Source of the DNA: an uncultured Polyangiales bacterium
GTDB lineage: Bacteria > Myxococcota_A > Polyangia > Polyangiales > GCA-016699535
Assembly: GCA_964640175.1 (NCBI GenBank)
Contig: CAZXFW010000010.1
Span: forward strand, 30,638-94,637
Length of the DNA: 64,000 nucleotides
Direction: 5' to 3'
The translations under genes were made by a program, and so were the position numbers. Under the pieces are notes generated by a model. It made no database searches and was not told the origin of the DNA. It was given only the letters and a program-made list of their open reading frames with translations. Shown in pieces: positions 27,716-36,572 of this stretch; the first letter of the stretch is position 1, and every line of letters starts with the position of its first letter.

Positions 27716-28462
27716 ATGTTTATGCAATCCTCCAGCCGATGGTTAAGAATGACCAGCATTTTTGGGGCTTCTCTTGGTCTTCACGCGGTGGCGTTTGCGG
27801 TGCTTTCGTTGTTGTCGGTCTCGTCGTTAAAAGCATTGGATCTCCATCCTCAGAATCTGGAAGTCGAAATTGGTTTTTTTGATACAGGTGGCTCCGGACA
27901 AGAGCCTTCTTTAGATACAGCCAAACAAACCGGTCAGCCGACAAGTGCATCAACACCTGCCAAGCCAGTTTTCACAAAGACACCAGAGAATGCAGAGCCT
28001 GAGGTTGCCACAACGTCGGTGATTGAAGCCGCACCGTCGTCCCCTGAGCCGACATCTTCTGAAGGCCAAACTGGCTCTTCAGAAGCGGCGACTGCTGCAA
28101 CTGGGGCAGCGTCTGGGAGTGGTGGTGGGCAAGGTGGAATGGGAGTGGGTCCGGGCAGCGCTCAGGGATTAGCCAGATCATGGTTGCAGGGAGTCGGCAA
28201 TCTTATTTTCTCGAATGCTGCACGTCACTATCCTGCAAAGGCACGCCAAGCCCATATCGAAGGAACAGTGGCGCTCGCGATCACCATTGATGGTCTTGGA
28301 AAGATTACTCAAGTGCAAATCAAACGTTCCTCAGGACATGATGTCTTAGATCAGGCAGCACTTGCTGCTGTCCAAGCGATTCACAGCGTGCCTGCACCTC
28401 CTGCGAGGTTACAATGGCAGCCCCGCGCGCTGACACTTCCAATTGTATACCGGCTTCATTGA
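27716..28462 (+). CDS. tonB: Energy transducer TonB
   Basis: N-terminal TM with HAV, Pro/Ser/Gly-rich spacer, C-terminal YPAKARQAHIEGTV...SSGHDVLDQAAL; start taken at ATG 27716. Confidence 0.88.
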   Translation: MFMQSSSRWLRMTSIFGASLGLHAVAFAVLSLLSVSSLKALDLHPQNLEVEIGFFDTGGSGQEPSLDTAKQTGQPTSASTPAKPVFTKTPENAEPEVATTSVIEAAPSSPEPTSSEGQTGSSEAATAATGAASGSGGGQGGMGVGPGSAQGLARSWLQGVGNLIFSNAARHYPAKARQAHIEGTVALAITIDGLGKITQVQIKRSSGHDVLDQAALAAVQAIHSVPAPPARLQWQPRALTLPIVYRLH

Positions 28463-28513
28463 CTCTCGGTCTTGACGGGTAGTAATTGCCGTGTTACGCC
28501 CCCGTTGCATTTT

Positions 28514-28532
28514 GAAAATGATTTTCATTTGC
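28514..28532 (+). promoter_or_regulatory. Putative Fur box upstream of imelysin operon
   Basis: GAAAATGATTTTCATTTGC, 14/19 to consensus, internal AATGA-N3-TCATT inverted repeat. Confidence 0.7.
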
Positions 28533-28556
28533 TAAGGGACTGCTGAAAGAGGTTGG

Positions 28557-29759
28557 ATGATGCGAGTGTGGTGGGCGCCAGGGTGTGTCGCGTTCGGAAT
28601 GCTCGCGATGGGTTGCGGTGGTTCTTCAAAATCCAATACCAATAACGATAATTTTGATAGGCCTGCCCTGATTCAAAGTTGGGCTAACGACGTTATTTTG
28701 CCGAGTTATGCAGCATTTGTAACAGACGCAATCGCATTGCGCGATGCAGTTGCTTCTTACAATGCATCGATGGCCTCTGATGCCGACGCACAAGAGCAGG
28801 CGTTGAACGAGGCGCAAGATGCATGGCGTCTTGCCATGGTTCAATGGCAGAAAAATGAAGCCCTTAGAATGGGGCCTGCAGGTTCAAGCAGTGTAACGGG
28901 TTTCAAGGGGGGCGAGGACCTTCGCGATAAAATCTATTCTTGGCCGACTGTGAGTTCCTGCCGTGTCGATCAAGAGCTTGTGTCACGCGAGTATGATGAT
29001 GACGATTTTTTTCAAAGTGAAACGGTCAACGTCTATGGAATGGCGGCTTTGGAATATCTGCTGTTCAATGAATCGTTAGAACATAGCTGCCCATCTCAAG
29101 TGGCGTTAAATGAATCGTGGGATGCCTTAAGTGAGTCTGAAATCATCCAACGCCGTGCGAAGTATGCAGAGCGTGTAGCAGGGTATGTTTTAGATGTCGC
29201 TGAAACACTGGCGGATCAGTGGAGTGCTCAAGGCGGAAATTTCGTGGAGCAATTTGTTCATCCTGGTGTGGGCGATTCGGTTTACGATGACGAGCGGTGT
29301 GTGATTGATGAAGTATTTGCTTCGATATTTTATGTTGAGTTCACCGTAAAAGATATGAAGCTTGGGATTCCTGTCGGTGTGCGCCCTGAATGCACCCAGG
29401 CGCAGTGTCCAGAAGCCGTAGAGTCGCGGTGGTCGGCACACTCCAAAGAAAACATTCTGGCGAACTATGCAGGCTTTGAGTTGGTGTTTTGGGGCAAGGA
29501 CGGCGGACTAGGGTTTGATGACTATCTTGAGGGGGTACAAGCGCAAGAACTTGAAGCACGTATCAGGCAGAGCTTTGACGCTGCAAAAGCAGCGGCCGAT
29601 GCCATTCCGGGCTCTTTGGAAGACGCGGTAGTGGAACAACATGACCTCGTGCTGGCTGCTTACACGGCGCTCAAAGGCTTAACGGACATTCTCAAGACTG
29701 AACTCGTTAGCACCTTAAGCTTAAGGGTGCCTGCGGAGGGTGCAGGTGACAACGACTAG
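28557..29759 (+). CDS. Imelysin family (peptidase M75-like) lipoprotein
   Basis: Lipobox AMGC, IYSWP, YGMAALEYLLF, acidic C-terminus GAGDND; upstream Fur-like box. Confidence 0.8.
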   Translation: MMRVWWAPGCVAFGMLAMGCGGSSKSNTNNDNFDRPALIQSWANDVILPSYAAFVTDAIALRDAVASYNASMASDADAQEQALNEAQDAWRLAMVQWQKNEALRMGPAGSSSVTGFKGGEDLRDKIYSWPTVSSCRVDQELVSREYDDDDFFQSETVNVYGMAALEYLLFNESLEHSCPSQVALNESWDALSESEIIQRRAKYAERVAGYVLDVAETLADQWSAQGGNFVEQFVHPGVGDSVYDDERCVIDEVFASIFYVEFTVKDMKLGIPVGVRPECTQAQCPEAVESRWSAHSKENILANYAGFELVFWGKDGGLGFDDYLEGVQAQELEARIRQSFDAAKAAADAIPGSLEDAVVEQHDLVLAAYTALKGLTDILKTELVSTLSLRVPAEGAGDND

Positions 29760-29766
29760 TCCATGG

Positions 29767-31146
29767 ATGGATCGGCTATTCCGACCGATAGACATCGCGT
29801 CACTCGCTTTGTTTCGGGTATTGTTTGGTGCGGTGATGTGCGCGGGGACGACGCGCTTCTTATTGTCAGGATGGGTTGACACTCTTTTTGTAGAGCCGCG
29901 GCATTTTTTGAAGTATTACGGCTTTGCGTGGGTTCAGCCTTGGCCTGAATGGGGCATGTATGTGCATTACACTGCGATGGCCGTTGCCGCGTTATTTCTC
30001 AGCATCGGACTATTCTATCGACTAAGTGCCATAGCGTTCTTCTTGTTATTCACCTATGCGCAGCTCATCGATATCAGCAACTACTTGAACCATTACTACC
30101 TTGTGGTGTTGCTTGCAGGGTTGCTTATCTTCTTGCCTGCAGACCGGGCATGGTCCGTGGATGTTTGGAGGCGTCCTGAAAAACGCGCCACAGAGGTTCC
30201 CGCATGGTGCGTTTATCTTCTGCGCTTTCAGATGGGGGTAGTGTATAGCTATGCTGCATTAGCCAAGCTCAATGCTGAGTGGCTATTGCACGCACGGCCA
30301 CTTACGTTATGGATGCGTGCACGCGTCCACATGCCGTGGATCGGAGCATGGTTGGGTGAGCAGTGGGTGGCTTACGCCATGAGTTGGGCGGGGTTTTTGT
30401 ACGACAGCCTTATCGTCGTGTTTTTGCTGATTACGCGAACACGGCCGTATGCGTATGCCGCTGTACTGTTGTTTCATGGATTGACGTGGGCGTTCTTTGA
30501 CATTGGGATGTTTCCCTTCATCATGACTACTGCCACGCTGATTTTCTTTTCTCCCAGCTGGCCTCGTTCACTTTGGTCATGGCTCATTCGACGAAAGAAT
30601 TCATACGCGTCGCACAAAGAGCCTGTGTTGGCTATGCCGAGCATACAAATGGCCACGTCAAAACGGGCAGTGACAGCGATTTTGATGGTGTATGCTGTGT
30701 TGCAAGTAGCGATCCCTTTGCGCCACTACTTATATCCGGGCGATGTGTTGTGGAATGAGCAGGGCATGCGCTTTGCATGGAAAGTTTTAGTGCGCGAAAA
30801 AAATGGCAGCGTGACGTATCACGTTCGTGAACGCCGCACAGGTCGCTATTATCAAGTGAGTCCACACGACTATCTCACCTGGGCACAGGTTTCCGAGATG
30901 TCGAGCCAGCCAGACCTTATTCTTCAACTGGCACATGACATTGCCAAAGACTTCCGCAGTAAGGGCAGGGGAGAGGTGGAAGTACGTGCAGAGGCGTGGG
31001 TTTCGTTGAACGGCCGCAAGGCAAAACTGATGTTGGATCCGACCCGTGATCTTACATTAGTACAAGATGGATTAGGGATTGCTGACTGGATAAAGCCGGG
31101 GCCCACAGATGCGTTTGGCCTTCATAGACAATGGGCAACTCGATGA
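29767..31146 (+). CDS. HTTM domain / vitamin K-dependent gamma-carboxylase-like membrane protein
   Basis: LALFRVLFG, YLNHYYL, LRFQMGVVY, AKLNAEWL, IGMFP, EQGMRFAW, QPDLILQLAH, SLNGR; start taken at ATG 29767. Confidence 0.9.
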   Translation: MDRLFRPIDIASLALFRVLFGAVMCAGTTRFLLSGWVDTLFVEPRHFLKYYGFAWVQPWPEWGMYVHYTAMAVAALFLSIGLFYRLSAIAFFLLFTYAQLIDISNYLNHYYLVVLLAGLLIFLPADRAWSVDVWRRPEKRATEVPAWCVYLLRFQMGVVYSYAALAKLNAEWLLHARPLTLWMRARVHMPWIGAWLGEQWVAYAMSWAGFLYDSLIVVFLLITRTRPYAYAAVLLFHGLTWAFFDIGMFPFIMTTATLIFFSPSWPRSLWSWLIRRKNSYASHKEPVLAMPSIQMATSKRAVTAILMVYAVLQVAIPLRHYLYPGDVLWNEQGMRFAWKVLVREKNGSVTYHVRERRTGRYYQVSPHDYLTWAQVSEMSSQPDLILQLAHDIAKDFRSKGRGEVEVRAEAWVSLNGRKAKLMLDPTRDLTLVQDGLGIADWIKPGPTDAFGLHRQWATR

Positions 31147-33389
31147 AAGCGTGGCGACTTAGCATAGGTTTGGCACTTAGCCTTGTTCCGACATTGACGC
31201 TGGCTCAAGACAAGCCTCCACAAAAACAGGCACCAAAGCAAAAGACCCAGGAAGAATTGGATTTTGAAAAATTGCTCGAAATTGATCCTGTGGTCGTGCA
31301 GAGCACGCCTATCGACACCTCACGTGTGGGTGGCTCTGCTCATGTGGTGACTAAAGAAGAACTGGAAAGATTTAATTATGACGATGTGCATCGAGTGCTC
31401 AGCCAAGTGCCAGGCGTTTATGTACGCCAAGAAGATGGATATGGATTACGTCCCAACATTGGCATGCGTGGGGTGAGTTCGGATCGCAGCAGCAAAATCA
31501 CGCTCATGGAGGACGGCGTACTATTAGGTCCTGCGCCGTATTCTGCTCCGGCGGCGTATTACTTTCCTATCATCACACGTATGGAAGGGCTTGAGGTGTT
31601 CAAAGGGCCCGCGTCGATTCAGTATGGGCCACAAACCGTGGGTGGAGCCCTTAACTGGCTTACACGGCCTATCCCTCTTACCCACACCGGTACGTTAGAC
31701 ATTGCTGCTGGGCAATACAGATCTGGGAAGTTTCATGGAAGCTGGGGGACCCGCGGCAAATATGTGGGAGCCTTAGTGGAGGGTGTTCATTTGCGCACCG
31801 ATGGATTTAAAGATCTAGACGGTGGTGGCAATACGGGCTTCGACAAGAATGAGATCTTGACCAAGTTTCAGGTTAATACCGATCTTTCTAAGTCGTCCTA
31901 TCAGATTATGGAGTTGCGGTTGGGGTATTCCGATGAACGGTCATCCGAAACCTACTCGGGACTTACTGACGCGGATTTTGCAGCCACTCCCAATCGACGG
32001 TACGTAAGCAGCTCGCTTGATTTAATGAAGTGGTACCGAACACAGGTGCAAGTCCGCCATGTGTTGCAGTGGGGAGAAGACCTTCAAGTTCGCACGACGT
32101 TTTATCGCCACGATTTTTCACGTAAGTGGCGCAAGCTTAATAGATTTCGCGGTGGACCTGGATTGCACGACCTATTGACCTATCCAACCGGGCAATCCAC
32201 GGTCTACCTCGATGTGTTACGGGGCACACAAGATTCTGAAGGTGACGCCCAAGACTTACTCATAGGGACCAATGCACGCGACTTTGTATCTCAAGGCATC
32301 CAGACGGTGGCAACCTGGCGGTATGACAACAAGTGGTTTTCGCAAGAACTTGAGTTAGGCGCACGTTTTCATAACGACTTAATCAAACGCGATCACACCG
32401 AAAAAGGCTATTGGATGCGCAATGCAACGTTAGTCTATAATCAGCTCGGAAAAGACACGATTTTGCAGAATGACGTTTCAACGTTTGCTTGGGCGTTTCA
32501 TGCGCTTGATCGCATTCAGCTTGGTGAACAGTGGTTTGTGAATCCAGGGGTTCGTCTTGAACTCATTGATTGGCATTATCGCGATACCACCGATACTACG
32601 CAGCCCGTCGATCAAAGTGATTTCTATGCTGTGGTGATTCCAGGGATAGGAGTGGTTTTCCAGCCACTTAGTTGGCTTAACTTGGTAGGCGGAATTCATC
32701 GAGGATTTAGCCCCGCAGCACCAGGGCCTGACAAGAATGTCGACTACGAGAGCAGCATAAACTATGAAGCAGGTGTACGCTTGGCGTATGCATTAAGTCG
32801 CCTTGAGGTGATAGGATTTTTAAACGATTACTCCAACCTCACAGCGATATGCTCACTTAATCGTGGTTGTTCGGAAGAGCAAGTCGATCAGCAAACCAAT
32901 GCGGGTAGGGTGCACGTGTATGGTGTGGAGACCAGTGTTGAACAGAAAGTAAATCTGCCACTGCATTTGGTAGGCCTTGGGCGCCTGGCCTATACGTTGA
33001 CGCTTTCAGAATTTCAAGAAGCGTTTGAAAGCTCAGACCCGTTATTGGGCGATGTGAATGTAGGCGATGCATTACCTTACGTTCCAGTGCATCAGGGCAC
33101 GCTCATTTTGGGCGTGCAGCATAAAATGTTTGATGTCAGTGTATCGACAGCGTATGTGGGTGAAATGCGAGATGTAGCCGGGCAAGGTGATATTCCAGAC
33201 CCAGAGCGCATCGCAGACTATATTGCTGTGGACTTTGCCGGTTCGGTGCAAGTGAGCAAGACCGATCAACTCTACGTTCACATCGACAACGTATTAAACA
33301 ACGAATACATGGTCTCACGGCGGCCCTATGGCGCACGGCCAGGGATGCCGTTTCAATTTATGGTGGGCTACAAAGGTACGTTTCAGTAG
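31143..33389 (+). CDS. TonB-dependent receptor (FecA-like)
   Basis: Plug LSQVPGVY...RPNIGMRG, LMEDGV, EVFKGPASIQYG; C-terminal DNVLNNEY and aromatic end; ATGA overlap with HTTM stop. Confidence 0.92.
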   Translation: MKAWRLSIGLALSLVPTLTLAQDKPPQKQAPKQKTQEELDFEKLLEIDPVVVQSTPIDTSRVGGSAHVVTKEELERFNYDDVHRVLSQVPGVYVRQEDGYGLRPNIGMRGVSSDRSSKITLMEDGVLLGPAPYSAPAAYYFPIITRMEGLEVFKGPASIQYGPQTVGGALNWLTRPIPLTHTGTLDIAAGQYRSGKFHGSWGTRGKYVGALVEGVHLRTDGFKDLDGGGNTGFDKNEILTKFQVNTDLSKSSYQIMELRLGYSDERSSETYSGLTDADFAATPNRRYVSSSLDLMKWYRTQVQVRHVLQWGEDLQVRTTFYRHDFSRKWRKLNRFRGGPGLHDLLTYPTGQSTVYLDVLRGTQDSEGDAQDLLIGTNARDFVSQGIQTVATWRYDNKWFSQELELGARFHNDLIKRDHTEKGYWMRNATLVYNQLGKDTILQNDVSTFAWAFHALDRIQLGEQWFVNPGVRLELIDWHYRDTTDTTQPVDQSDFYAVVIPGIGVVFQPLSWLNLVGGIHRGFSPAAPGPDKNVDYESSINYEAGVRLAYALSRLEVIGFLNDYSNLTAICSLNRGCSEEQVDQQTNAGRVHVYGVETSVEQKVNLPLHLVGLGRLAYTLTLSEFQEAFESSDPLLGDVNVGDALPYVPVHQGTLILGVQHKMFDVSVSTAYVGEMRDVAGQGDIPDPERIADYIAVDFAGSVQVSKTDQLYVHIDNVLNNEYMVSRRPYGARPGMPFQFMVGYKGTFQ

Positions 33390-33445
33390 CCTACGTAACA
33401 AAGGCGTGCGTTAAAGGGGTGCGTTGTGGTAAATCCCTGCAGACG

Positions 33446-34603
33446 ATGCAGTTTTCTTCGGAGCTTCTGTTATTAGCGCCGTATTGGCTAGTGATGCGGA
33501 GTAAGGCTAGCTTTAGCGCGGTAGACTTGCGCGGGCTTGGTCGGATCGATGTCGAAGGAAAGCTTGCTGAGCAGATGCTTCAACGATCCCAGGATATGTC
33601 CTGGATCGATTCAGTCATTACACTGCACAATCCATTGTATCGAGAATTTTTCCAGGCAATGCAGCAGGCTGAGCTTCGGCCGATGAACACACGTGCTGAA
33701 CTCTTACGTGGCATGGGATTTGAGCGATTGTTTTTGGAATTGACAGCACAGTGCAATGAGCAATGTGAACATTGTTATGCAGAGTCAACTCCTTTGCGCA
33801 AGGAATCCTTGAGAGAAGACACAGTGTATGCGCTGTTAGCTGATGCCAAGGCGTTGGGATTTAGATCGGTGCAACTCACTGGGGGAGATCCCTTGATCAG
33901 TAATTGTTGTGTCCCAGCGGTGCGCTATGCAGCAGAGTTGGGTTTTGCATTCATTGAAATCTATACCAACGGACTAGCATTGCGTGGGGCTCTCTATGCT
34001 GACATCAAAGAGTTTCCTGTGAGTTTTGCGTTTTCTTTTTATTCGAACGATGCCGCTGTGCACGATGCGATCACACGTACTCACGGTAGTCACCAACGCA
34101 CTTTGGCTGCGATAGCGCTTTGTCAAAACGATGGTATCCCATTTCGGGTGGGCATCATTGCCATGTCATCGAATATCCAGGATGTAGATTCCACTGTGAA
34201 TTTTTTAACTGACCGTGGCGTCCCTGCAGACGCCATTGGCATCGATGTGGCGAGGAGTGTAGGTCGAGGCCTTTTTTCGTTGCGTTCGAAATCCGGAGTT
34301 TCATCTGGCAAACAAATGGCATCAGCTCAACACAATCCAAAGCATGAACGTTCTTTTGGGGGGTCGATCGCAGTTTCTTATGACGGTAATGTATATCCTT
34401 GTGTTTTTAGTAGAAAAAATGTGTTAGGGAATATTTATCAGCAGTCATTGCGGGATATTATAGAGGATCCTATGCCAGTGCATACAGACCAGCTCGACAT
34501 GGGACGTGCTCATGCAGAATGGTCTTCCCAGCTTTCCTGTTGGGAATGCCGAGCACGTGCTGCATTATTACTGCCGTCTACAAGAAGTTCTTGTCATGTT
34601 TAA
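33446..34603 (+). CDS. Radical SAM enzyme with reduced SPASM/Twitch-like C-terminal domain (peptide maturase type)
   Basis: CNEQCEHCY (CxxxCxxC), LTGGDP, YTNG, DGNVYPC...LGNI, distal CWEC; start ATG 33446 (ORF track GTG 33419). Confidence 0.88.
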   Translation: MQFSSELLLLAPYWLVMRSKASFSAVDLRGLGRIDVEGKLAEQMLQRSQDMSWIDSVITLHNPLYREFFQAMQQAELRPMNTRAELLRGMGFERLFLELTAQCNEQCEHCYAESTPLRKESLREDTVYALLADAKALGFRSVQLTGGDPLISNCCVPAVRYAAELGFAFIEIYTNGLALRGALYADIKEFPVSFAFSFYSNDAAVHDAITRTHGSHQRTLAAIALCQNDGIPFRVGIIAMSSNIQDVDSTVNFLTDRGVPADAIGIDVARSVGRGLFSLRSKSGVSSGKQMASAQHNPKHERSFGGSIAVSYDGNVYPCVFSRKNVLGNIYQQSLRDIIEDPMPVHTDQLDMGRAHAEWSSQLSCWECRARAALLLPSTRSSCHV

Positions 34604-34892
34604 TGCTACGCAGACAGTGGGTTCTTTGCTTAGAGTACCCAAAAGACAAAGCACTGTGGTACACAAGCTTGCCGAGGAGCAGACGGTATTGGTTGATGAA
34701 GAAGGCTCCCATTTGTTTTTACTTAACGAGATGGGAACGATTGTGTGGCATCTGATGGATGGCCATCGCAATGTGATCGATATCGTCAAGGAAATCGTGT
34801 CTGTGCTTTCTGTTTCTGAGGAACAGGTGTCGCGTGATGTCCAGGAATTTTTAGGGCAGCTTGAGGAAAAACGCCTCGTTTCCCTAGACTGA
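34596..34892 (+). CDS. Stand-alone PqqD family RiPP recognition element (RRE)
   Basis: 98 aa, LFLLNEMGTIVWHLMDG...IVKEI...VSRDVQEFLGQLEEKRLV matches the PqqD winged-helix pattern; overlaps rSAM stop. Confidence 0.88.
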   Translation: MFNATQTVGSLLRVPKRQSTVVHKLAEEQTVLVDEEGSHLFLLNEMGTIVWHLMDGHRNVIDIVKEIVSVLSVSEEQVSRDVQEFLGQLEEKRLVSLD

Positions 34893-34896
34893 TTGC

Positions 34897-35742
34897 ATGC
34901 GTAGTGTGTTTTATTTTCTGCATCACGAAGTTTCTGTTGATGCTGATTTGCCGCAGGTGCATCAGGGTCTGGACTTGATATGGCGGCAATGCAAACGACC
35001 TGTCCTGAATGTTTTTTCAACTGTGCACTATGACGTGCACGCCCTCAACGGGTATCATTTGCAATGTGGGAAAAAGCATCTTGCAACATTTCACGATGTC
35101 GAGGACATCGTGCCCATGCTTGAATTGCAGGTATATTCAGCGCTTAGAGCACAGTCTGTCCCAGGTGAACTCACGATGCATGCGGCTGCGGTATCGTATG
35201 AAGACCATGTGATTATTTTTACAGGGCCTTCTTCTGCAGGAAAATCGTCGTTGGCCTTGGCTGCGGTGCGGCAAGGATGGTCTTACATTAGTGATGAAAT
35301 CGTCAGTGCTAATTGTAAGCATGTATGGGGGATTCCGCGTTCGATCGGCTTTGATAAACAAACGCCTGTGACAGCTTCATGGTTAGTGGCACAGGATTTG
35401 GTGCAACGACATGTCGTGCTCCAGACTGGGCTATTAAGTGCAATGCCGTTGTATCTGCCAACGGATGAGCAAGTTCCGCTATTGCCACCGTCTGCTCGGA
35501 ATGTATGGATTATGTTGATTCGACAAGGACCCCGCAATTTTCTAGTGCCGTGCCCAGCATGGAAGGCTTTGCAGGGCATCTATGCTGCCGCTTTTCAGAA
35601 ACCCGATACGAATTTGGGGTGGCTTATTCAGCCTGGGCGGACATGGGAGTTAGGTTGGAGTAACCCTGACGAAGCATTCGCTTTACTTAGGCGTAACGTT
35701 CATCTCTCGGTTGAGCGCGGTACGAGCACTGCATGGGGGTAA
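34897..35742 (+). CDS. HPr-kinase-like P-loop kinase
   Basis: MHAAAV, FTGPSSAGKSSL (Walker A), WSYISDE. Confidence 0.82.
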   Translation: MRSVFYFLHHEVSVDADLPQVHQGLDLIWRQCKRPVLNVFSTVHYDVHALNGYHLQCGKKHLATFHDVEDIVPMLELQVYSALRAQSVPGELTMHAAAVSYEDHVIIFTGPSSAGKSSLALAAVRQGWSYISDEIVSANCKHVWGIPRSIGFDKQTPVTASWLVAQDLVQRHVVLQTGLLSAMPLYLPTDEQVPLLPPSARNVWIMLIRQGPRNFLVPCPAWKALQGIYAAAFQKPDTNLGWLIQPGRTWELGWSNPDEAFALLRRNVHLSVERGTSTAWG

Positions 35743-36572
35743 GGGGGCTCTTGTTGACAGTATGCGATTTCATATCCGGCTTGTGCAACGATGCCTTCAA
35801 ATTCTGATGGAGTGAAGCAGTGCACAAACCCCTCATGAGTAGTATAATAATCGCTTTCAGGAGCTGTATTAACTCCTAGACGTTTTAAGATGTTTCGCAC
35901 TTGCAACTGCCCGCGAGAAGGGCCGCGTGCAACCCAGCTGATAAGTAAGGGTCCTGATCCACAGAGTTGATGGAAAATTTTCAAAACAGCCGTTCGCTCG
36001 GATGGCGTTGCAATGTGCGCAAAGCTTCCAAATCCCACAATACCTGCTGCAAACGGAGCATGCGTTTGAAGTGGCGCTAGTCCCTGAATAAAAGTTGTGT
36101 AGTCCGCTGTTAAACAACAAAGCAACTTCGAATGAGGCACATGATGTTGACACAGCGATACTAATTCTTTTGCAGGATCAAACCCAGCAACCTGGTATCC
36201 GAGTGTGGCCAAAGCGTACATTTCGCGCCCGGTGCCGCAGGCGCCGACAAGCACCCGAGCAGGTGGAGGTACAAAATAGTTACGGATGCAGCTTACTTCC
36301 CAGTCGTAGAGGCTTCGGTTGTATGCCTCGTTGTGATAGCCCGTGTTCGTGTTATAGGCGTGTGTATTCAGCCTTGGCCAGTCCTCTGGGCTTGAGCTAT
36401 TCATGATAATTTCTGTGCGAATTGCATTCGCACAGGCGGAAAGCCGATGTAATGCCCATTGTGTGCCTTGGGCTAAAGCTTGAGGTGTTTTGTGAAGTTT
36501 TTTATACAACGTGTTTCGATTTTTTGAGATATACTGCGCGGGTTCGGTTCGTGGGTGTCTTATGGTTGACAA
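35700..36572 (-). CDS. Class I SAM-dependent methyltransferase (start uncertain, possibly TTG 36509)
   Basis: RVLVGACGTGRE motif I, VAGFDPAKELV acidic motif II, GFGSFAHI. Confidence 0.8.
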   Translation of the reverse strand: MSTIRHPRTEPAQYISKNRNTLYKKLHKTPQALAQGTQWALHRLSACANAIRTEIIMNSSSPEDWPRLNTHAYNTNTGYHNEAYNRSLYDWEVSCIRNYFVPPPARVLVGACGTGREMYALATLGYQVAGFDPAKELVSLCQHHVPHSKLLCCLTADYTTFIQGLAPLQTHAPFAAGIVGFGSFAHIATPSERTAVLKIFHQLCGSGPLLISWVARGPSRGQLQVRNILKRLGVNTAPESDYYTTHEGFVHCFTPSEFEGIVAQAGYEIAYCQQEPPYPHAVLVPRSTER

